A stretch of 64,000 nucleotides of DNA. Source: Lingula anatina. Taxonomy: Eukaryota > Animalia > Brachiopoda. A model generated the notes under the pieces. That model saw only the letters and a list, made by a program, of their open reading frames with translations, had not been told where the DNA came from and ran no database searches. Position numbers and translations under genes: made by a program. Of this stretch, positions 55,211-64,000 are shown in pieces. Location of the stretch: contig CM120640.1 of assembly GCA_051362555.1 (NCBI GenBank), forward strand, positions 124,001 through 188,000. The letters are read 5' to 3'. The first letter of the stretch is position 1, and every line of letters begins with the position of its first letter.

Positions 55211-58200
55211 CTAAATAGCGGTGTTGCTGATGTGGCTGACACCGCCAATGGTATCCTGTGACGAGTGGAATCCAGTGTTCATGTTACCCTGCTTGGACGA
55301 CATCTCTTCCTGGGCTTTCACTATGGAGGGCCGCCATACAATGGGGTCCGGCTTAGTTAGACGGACAACCCTCTGGAAATGAATAATTGTTGGGTTATTA
55401 ATCCGTAACTTTACGAAAACTACTTCCTAATTTTATGACTAACTTATCCTTAGTCATTAGCTACCTGGATGAAAACGGACATACGCATATATAGCTTGAC
55501 CGCAATGAACAGAAATTATTTGGAGGATGTGAGTAATTTTAATGCGGTTAAAGAGAGAGAGCATCATATGATATAATTAGACATCATACAGGTATCTTGG
55601 CTATCTAATGTAATTTTTTTTAAAAAATACCGGAATTAAATAAGCATTAGCTTAGGGCTGAGTCAACTCAAACGATACTTCCTTTTCCAATTAAAATGGA
55701 GGACACTAATCATTTTTGCGCCGTAATACAAAAGTGACATTACTAGATTTTCCACATTTTACGCCTACACTCATCATAAAACTGCGCCATTTTACCTCCA
55801 TGAAAGAAGCGCCGTCCTCATTGGTTTTGTAGTCCTTCCATATCCTGTATGCGGCAACCACTGGTACGATGGCCACGGAGATAACGGCCATAATCCAACC
55901 TAAACCTTGGGCCCAGGGAGGGAGGACATAACCACCGTATTCTAGTGGCGTGAACTCGATGAAGTTGAAGATCAGAATAGCCTGAAATCATATAAAATGT
56001 CATATATGTGAAAAAAACACCATTTGAAAAATTACATGACCAGGATATGATGTCATATGACGCATAACTTTGTGTGAAATGTACAGCAGGTGGTTTAAGA
56101 TGTAAGAACAGCGTCTTAGTGGTACCAGTATTACTTACAAAGAGTAGAATTGGAGCCACGATCGTCCACAGCACCCACCAATACCAGCCATTACAAGATG
56201 GCCGGAACCCAATCATTTGTTCCATGTCGTTCATCATTCGTTTGGCTCCTGGAAATAGGGAACATTGAATTTAAGAAAAAGAGATAAAAATATTCATATG
56301 AAACTCAAAATTCCACAATTAATACATTGTAAGCAACACAAAGGAATATAATAAATTCCATTTTCCGCCAAACCGGCGGTTGTAGCAATTATTGTGAAAT
56401 CTGTGCTGGCCATCCGTGCTGTCCTTCATGAATCATAAATGGCTACCCCGCCTAATAATCTTTTATGAGATTATTACAAAAAGGACACTTAAAAAAACAA
56501 TCTACTAACTTTGAATGTCGAAACGGATTCATTAACCATTAGAAAGCATGGAAAAATCGACGTTTACCCCATGATAATCAGTTTAAGGGCACTTTTCCCG
56601 CCAAAATGAAGAGTTGCTAACCATATGATCTTTAACATTTAACGTTATAGGTGTGGGCAGTCCGTTTTTAATACGTAAAGATAAAGCGTCTTGTTGAAAT
56701 TACTTTAATTTTCAGCCACTTAAAGATAAGAAACCCTGATGCATTTTGCTGAAAAAAGACGAATTTCTTTGAAATCAAATGAACTCTTATGTTCCACACA
56801 CTCGAATACTATCACTTACCGTACACCCACGCAAACACCATAGTCTCTACGAATCCTATCAGTACCAAGGACCATCCTGCCGAGTAATAGCTGACCAGCT
56901 CTTCCCAGTATATACCGCCCTGGAACGTACGCAAATCAAAACCTAAACTCTACCTTTAAAATAGAATATTTCTACATTTATCTGATGACGTTTTTAAAGT
57001 TTTCGACCAAAATAAACTGGTCGACATTTAACTCGATATTCTTTTCTACTCCTGTAATTTTCCCTGGCTTTGTCCTCACCTGTGCACACATAGGCAGTCC
57101 CAGTAAGAAGAGCACTACACAGATCACCCCAGCAACCAATGGCTTGACCCTCCTCAGTCTGGGCCAGACATCCAGAACTGCCGTCTGGATGGCTTCGATT
57201 CCTGCAAACTGGAAGAAACGGAACAGTGTTAACGTGGTAACGTTGCAGATAATTTGCATGGTGGCCAACTTTTACAGAGCAGTTATCATTTGCAATTTTC
57301 AATTATCATTTGCAATTAGCAATTTGGTGATTTTAGGGACTTTTCTCAGAAACCAATTGAAAATTATTTAGAACAATACAGAATAGAATGGTTTAAAGAA
57401 CACTTAAGGCGTGCCTACCTGGCTGTCAAGACCGAGCAACAACAACATAAAGAAGAACAGAAACGACCAGAGTGGTGCCACAGGGAGCCGGGTGACAACT
57501 TCAGGATAGGCAATGAACGCCAACCCGGACCCAGAGGTCGCCACTTCTGAGACTTCCTTCCCCAGCTCGTGGGCCATGAAGCCAAGAATGGAGAAAATGG
57601 CGAATCCCGCGAAGAAACTGGTGAAACAGTTGCCAAGGGCAACTATCAAGGCATCTCTGAAGAACAAAATAAATAAAACGGAAAATCACAAAGAGTTTGC
57701 TTCAAGTGCTCAGTAATAGAATCTGTCAACATTGCAAGTAGAAAAGCCAGGTTTACAAACTTTTTACAATGGCATGCCCGCATCAACGCGTAATGCCTAC
57801 TTGAAATGAAAAGACACAAATGAACTATATTGATGGTGACAACAGGCATTTTATGAGGGGCGGTTTGACATAAAATGAACAAAAGAACCTACCTGAACAC
57901 GTTATTGTTAAATTTATTGTAACTTGAAAAGGTCATCAGTCCGCCCATACCAACGCTGAGAGAAAAGAAGATCTGGCCTGCAGCGTCTCCCCATACCTAA
58001 CACGAAAATAACGGAAAAGAATTCAGTAACGACATACATAATGGTAATAATCAACTTTATGGCGCGAAGCATCCATTTTCACTAGAAAATATGCCCTAGA
58101 TCTTTCGAAACTGCGACAAAGGCCTATCATTGACTTGCAAAAATTGGTTCAAATGGACGATGCAAAATGCTTTCGGACAAAAAGATTACCTTGGGAACCA

Positions 58201-60996
58201 GCAATAATTCCCACTTTGGTTTCAGATAGAATTCAATGCCCTTTCCAGCGCCCTCTAGTGTCACTCCACGGAAGAAGAAGATGATCAGAATGACGTAGGG
58301 GAAAGTGGCAGTGAAGTATACAGCCTGGAAACAGAGCCGACAATATTTTGAAATGTTCATAAAATTTGACTGAAAACCATTTATCCTATCAAATTACCGT
58401 CAGTTGTAGCAAAAATTCATAAATGGAACTAAATGTAGTAAGTTTTAAACATTGATGCAAGCCATTTACAACTGATTGGGATATTTTTGTACTGTAGAAT
58501 GTACACAGAGATTCGAGAACAAAACATGAGGCAAAATCGCCCATTCTAACAATAATAGTTAATAGTGTTAACTTGTTTCTTACCTTTCCTGATGATTTGA
58601 TTCCCTTCAGAATACAAAGATAGACCAGTATCCAGGCCAGCAGTAGAGTGAGGGACAGCTCCCAAGATAAGCTACCCATATCTTCAATACTGTCAGAACG
58701 GTTCAACATGCGAATACTGGCAGAAGATGAAAGAAATAGTTGTTTATTCATATGGAATATTTTGACAGGAAAACGCAACGTATTTCAAAATAAGGAAATA
58801 ATATTAGGCGCGTACTTGTCCGCGTACGCGTACAAAAAAAAATATTATAGCATGCGAATTATAAATCACTCCAATACTGACGTACAATCCTATCGAACTC
58901 TATTTCTATTAAACAAGTCGTCATCATTTGCAAACGGGTAAGCGAACAAGGTTTATAGTTGGATCAACTTACTTAAAGAATTCTTCGGGGGCGGTCGTGT
59001 TCTTCAGAGTCAAGTTCTTGATTTCTGGGTTTTCTATGAGCATCTCCGGGCTGTAACAGGTCTGGTTAAACCACGTGCCATTACTGTCCTCGCAGGGTTT
59101 GGCTTCTTTCTTAGAGTAACAATCTGCAATTGATGACATTTTGATTTGTAAAATACTACCTACACTGATGCTGCAGTTAGGAACAAAAAAGTCATTAACT
59201 CTCTCTCTCTCTCTCTGTTAATTTGTAAAATGATACTTTGAGTATTTAAGTAATTAAAAATCTTGTTTTTAAGAATATGGTCATCATAGATCAATCAGAA
59301 GATAACCTTCGCCAGTTGAATAAACCAAGTAATGATCTAGCTAAATTTCCATTATGTTTCGCTATTCACAGTTTTGGCCTCTTATATTTCAGATAACATA
59401 TATCAATTTAACTATAGGATAAAAGTTTGTTTCTAACTTTGATATCCAAAAATACGTGTCTCTTTTCAGTGATATATATATAGTGTCAGACCAAGGAATG
59501 GCGACTATATGTCATCGGCTCTTTTTAGTGTTTTGGGTGTTTTTTTTTTCAGCTTTGTTATTTCCTTGTTCTGAAGAAGAGCTATCTCAAGTTATGTGCT
59601 GGCAGACACTGATATAAAAAGAACGTGCTCATTACAATTATTGCCTAGTTTTAGCTATTTCAGACCGCAAATATTACCCCACCACAAGCTAAAAGTGCAT
59701 CTAGAGCATCTTTTATTTCAGGTTTTTGTGAATATCTGAATTCGTCACAGTATGTTTAATATTATTTTCCATTATCTACCAAGTACCGTACTCGTGGATA
59801 CTGTAGCCCTTTGTTCAGCTGACACACAATATTTACCGCAGTCTATTCCTCGTCTTCTCTGTACATCAAATTGAAAGGTCTCAGATCGGGTATCTTATTG
59901 TGAGGAACTCATACATATTGAATTAAAATGATATAATATTTCTATCCGAGGGCCGTAGTCACTAAAAGTTTGCTTTAACTTCAAGAAAGAAAATGACTTC
60001 TAAATTACATTCATGTATCTGCAGGCAAAGTAGCCGAATGGTTTTGAACGAAAAATGACAAACTTTCGGGTCTACGTTCATTTATGAAGCCAATAACATT
60101 ATCTAGGTCATTGATGGAACGCTCCCCTATACCGTTATGTAGACAATAGCGGTGACTGTCCAGCGGAGTATGAAGTAGGGGTGCGCAAAACATAATGTGT
60201 CGGCTCTCTTTGAAGTGGACGGTCCGGCAGCAGGGGATGGGCAATATACAGTAGCACTCTCCCTGTCGAATTTGGTCACCTCAGTAATAATTAACCGCCG
60301 GAACGGTGAAGACAGTATATTTCAAACTCTGAACATTGCCATTCTCATCATCAAACCGTCCATCCCTCTAAATTAGATTCCATCCCTCTAAATTAAATGA
60401 AAGTAAATCGCTCGGATTGGACGCAACATTTTGGAATGTCTACTGAATCATCGTAGCAAATTCCATTCATTCAAGTAAGAATCTTAGTGGTCATTTAGTA
60501 ATCGTAATCAAATCAATATATATCAATGTTATAACCAATTTAAGGCTACAGAAATAAGCTATCCAGATTTAAAATAATAAACTGTAACTAAACCAGCCAG
60601 ATTTAGAATGGTTATCTGTAAGTACAACCAAAAACGGTAGGAAATCTGCCATACTTAGGCGCCTTCCCAAGCGCGGTGACACCTTCAAATTGTAACGATT
60701 TGCCAACTTAAGGGTAAGTCATGAATTAACCCAAAATATCTCTGATACATTTCATGGTATTTTTTGTTGACGGATACATCGGACAAGATATGAAACTCCT
60801 TGCACGTGTATCTTAACAAATACCCAGACTTTGATAAAAGTGTAAGCTACGTTATGTAGTAGTATTTATTTATTAACGTGACATGTGATACGAGTACATC
60901 ACCCGGCCTCATGGGCCTACAAGTCACCGTACTTTATACATACTGCAGTATATTAGAAACAGAGAATAATAATAATAGTAATAAAAAATAACAATC

Positions 60997-61070
<74 letters not shown>

Positions 61071-62339
61071 TTGGAAGTTAAATAAACACTATAATTCATG
61101 GTATACTCAGCACATGTGCCGCCTTAAATAAAACTGTCTTAGACTTAAACTGTTTTTTAAATATGGGTATGTCATATGCCAGGTAACGTACGGGCAGTGC
61201 TAATATATAGACAAAGTATCAGGTGCGCTTTTTCTCATGACAGAGATCGCTGCTTATGGAATAGGACCAAAAAAAGTAAGTTTTTCTAATCGCTCTGGGG
61301 AAACATAAGATATATCTATAGTTTTGATGAAAAAAATACAAAAGTTATTCCTTACATGGCGTGTTGTAATCGTGTTTGCAGCCATCCCAGGGAAGTTCTG
61401 ATGTAAAGGATCCAAACATGTAATACATAGCCCATGCGATGATTACGTTGTAGTAGATACTCCCCAGAAAAGATATGATCAACATGCCCACGCCCACACC
61501 TGCAATAAAAATAGAAAAATCAATGTTATCAAACTGTACACAGTTTCACCTGTTCCCATACTTTGAAGATAGATGTTGTGAAAAAAAAACAGATTCTAAT
61601 CATGCAAGGACAATTTAAAAAACTAGCGCTATGGGTTCATCCTATTACTGACCTCGCATAATTTTACCCAAGTTGTTTCGTGTAGGAGGGGAGACATTTG
61701 CATGTAATTTGGATAACAGCGAAGCATACAATTGAACTTAATGTAAAGTTTGTGTAAAGGGCAACAGATAATTAACCTTCCTGAGCCAGACCAGTGAACA
61801 ACGTGCCATACCTTGGAGGAGAGGGCTACACATGAACACATCCAGAGGTCCACCACCTACGAACTGACCAGAACTTAACTCCAGTAGAAATACGGGTAAG
61901 CCAACAAATGTCAACATCAAGAAGTAAGGGATTAAAAAAGCTCCTGAAATTTGGAAAGTGGAAAGGTGAGCAATAGAAACAACTCTATTTTTATAATTAA
62001 ACAATTTGTTCACAACTTTCTCTTGGATAACTGCATACTGTATGAAAGTGAACATAGAGCCTTCGAAAGAAAGTTTAAATAAAATTTACAGTTAAATTTA
62101 TAAAAAAAAGTATCTAGATAAATGAATGCTAATTCTGCCTCCTCACCTCCACCATTGGTATAACATAGATAAGGGAACCTCCAAACATTCCCCAGGCCTA
62201 CGGCGTACCCCAGGCAGGACAGGATAAACTCTGCCTTGTTCCCCCAGTGACCACGTTCACTCTCTTCCTCAGCCGCCAAGGCGTCCGTGCTGGTGGCAAA
62301 TTTCCCATCCGACACTGCATCACTGTACGACGGCGGGTA
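55211..62339 (-). CDS. SLC6 sodium/chloride-dependent amino-acid (glycine/proline-type) transporter; at least 13 exons, start exon not identified
   Basis: Motifs [56 protein letters not shown] and [11 protein letters not shown]. Exons 62339-62147, 61943-61812, 61499-61356, 59123-58973, 58716-58584, 58324-58190, 57996-57893, 57656-57419, 57208-57080, 56919-56820, 56248-56139, 55981-55796, 55372-55211. Gly in GYAVG, rather than the Asp of monoamine transporters, indicates an amino-acid-type carrier. Confidence 0.92.
60998..61068. repeat. (TA)n microsatellite
   Basis: About 70 bp of TA repeats. Confidence 0.95.
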
Positions 62340-62354
62340 CTACAGTAAAGAGAG

Positions 62355-63495
62355 TTGATGTCATTAAATGACAATATTGACAGTTTACTCAGAAGATACA
62401 AGTTTTACAGCATAGATATAGGAAAATTAAATGGCTTGATCGATACAGAGGGGAATTACCTAACACAGTACGATCAGTTCAGGGAAAGGTTTGGGAATAT
62501 AATAAATTATGCTGTGCGCAGTGAACAAAATTTAGAAATAAATGAATATTGATAATTTACCTGAAAAAATTGAGCTCCCTATACATGTAATTCCAACCCA
62601 ATTTAAATGGTTACTAAAATTTACAAAACTTGGGAAACCTTTCTACAATATTTTGAATTCAAAGGAAATAAAAAAACAAAAAAACAAATACAATGTCAAA
62701 CTGGGAACTCCTTTTTAACGAACCTCTTACAGCTGAAGGGTGGAAATCTTGAATAACATTCCTTTCCAATGTACTTTAGATACTAAACCGCGCTGGTTTC
62801 AATTTAGAGTGTTAAAAGACTTTTAGCTGTGAACAATTTTTTACGAAATATTGGGATAAAAGACAGAGACCTGCTCCTTCTGTAACGAACACCCTGAAAC
62901 TCTTCAACACTTATTTATTGAATGCAAAGTAATTACTCCCCTATGGGGAAAAATCCAAGACTGGTTCCACTTAAAGACTGGACAAATACTACAACTAACA
63001 GCAGCTGACATAATCCTAGGGATTCCAAATGAACTGCATTGCGCTTAACAGTTTGCTGATTTTAACAAAATTCAGTATATATAAATTTAAAATGAAAAAC
63101 ATTACTTTCATAGAAAGTATTAAAATAGAATGGAGACAGGTCTACATCGCAGAAAGAAATATAAATCTAAGAAATATGACAACAGACAAATTTAATAAGA
63201 AATGGAAAAAGCTGTATCCTCTCTTCTTGGTCTAAAATTTTCTATCTGCGAATGTTTTCCTGACAGGGTTTGATAGTAAGACACTTCTTATTTTTTATCT
63301 GTATTAGATCATAAAATTTTGTATTAGTTATCAAGTGTTAACAAATATTAGCTTTTCAACATATCGTTGTTGACAGATATTGTAAATGTCTGAGTGTTGG
63401 TGTGTGAAAGAGCAGTGAGTGAGAGAGATTTTTATTTAGTTATTTATCAATTTGTATTTTTTTTTTTTTTTTTGAGATATGCAATAAAACAAGTT
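62355..63495 (+). mobile_element. 5'-truncated, frameshifted L1/Tx1-like non-LTR retrotransposon remnant
   Basis: Broken frames give KPRWFQFRVL...NIGIK...C.FCNEHPETLQHLFIECK...LWGKIQDW...IILG...ILTKFSIYK, which is the CCHC zinc-knuckle region C-terminal to the RT of L1-clade ORF2. AATAAA at about 63483. Confidence 0.75.
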
Positions 63496-64000
63496 TTAAA
63501 GCATGATTTCATCAAATCAATGAATACCCTAACCTATGCACGGGACCCAGGTAGATTTACCGGGACATCTTCTATACAACAACTCATATGTATCTATCAA
63601 TGGTTTACCGTGAAAACAGAAAAGAAGACTAATAAAACACATCATCATATTACATTTATGGACCTTACTCGGGGAGCCGTTCGTAATTATTACGTATTTT
63701 ATCACTGCTCTGTACGGCGGTTGCTTAGACGCCGAGAATAAAGAAGAAAATAAAAGGCCCATAAATAAAATGCATGCTGGCGGTGGATAAAATTTATTGC
63801 CTGATATTTACAGAAAAAAAAGATAAACCACGACGAAATAAATGTGCATACCAAAACATATGAAAAAAGTAGTAAGTGAAGACAGCACACAGAGTGGAAT
63901 ATAAATTAACCAGAGTAATACCCTCCCCCCCCTCCCATCACCATGATGTCCATTTTCCTAGTGAAAAAAAAATTATTCTCAAGATCACTAATCCCATTTA

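Noticed and set aside
63915-63955. Possible first coding exon of SLC6 (MDIMVMGG)
   Set aside because: The nearest donor gives a phase that does not match the phase-0 acceptor at 62339, and the sequence is low complexity.

Overview
AT-rich, intron-rich animal genomic DNA, probably from a marine invertebrate (inferred, not determined). Three spliced genes were reconstructed by hand. (1) A + strand ABCA-subfamily (ABCA1-like) lipid transporter, 5524-44700, 51 coding exons, about 2620 aa. It carries three fibronectin type II (FN2) modules on phase 1-1 exons inside extracellular domain 1, which vertebrate ABCA1 lacks. (2) A - strand AK3-like adenylate kinase, 47483-49757, 4 exons, 227 aa. (3) A - strand SLC6 amino-acid-type transporter, 55211-62339, whose first coding exon was not found. 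The most striking pattern is that about 25 exon boundaries of the ABCA and AK3 genes (splice acceptors, donors and both stop codons) are each amplified into their own tandem array of 2-28 copies. This builds stacks of decoy splice sites. The arrays are confined to the CpG-poor gene bodies and absent from the CpG-rich SLC6 gene. Also present are several MITEs, a 1.9 kb insert inside a 45-bp minisatellite, and an L1/Tx1-like fragment. The long ORFs over the tandem repeats are artefacts. Coordinates were counted by eye and may be off by a few bases.
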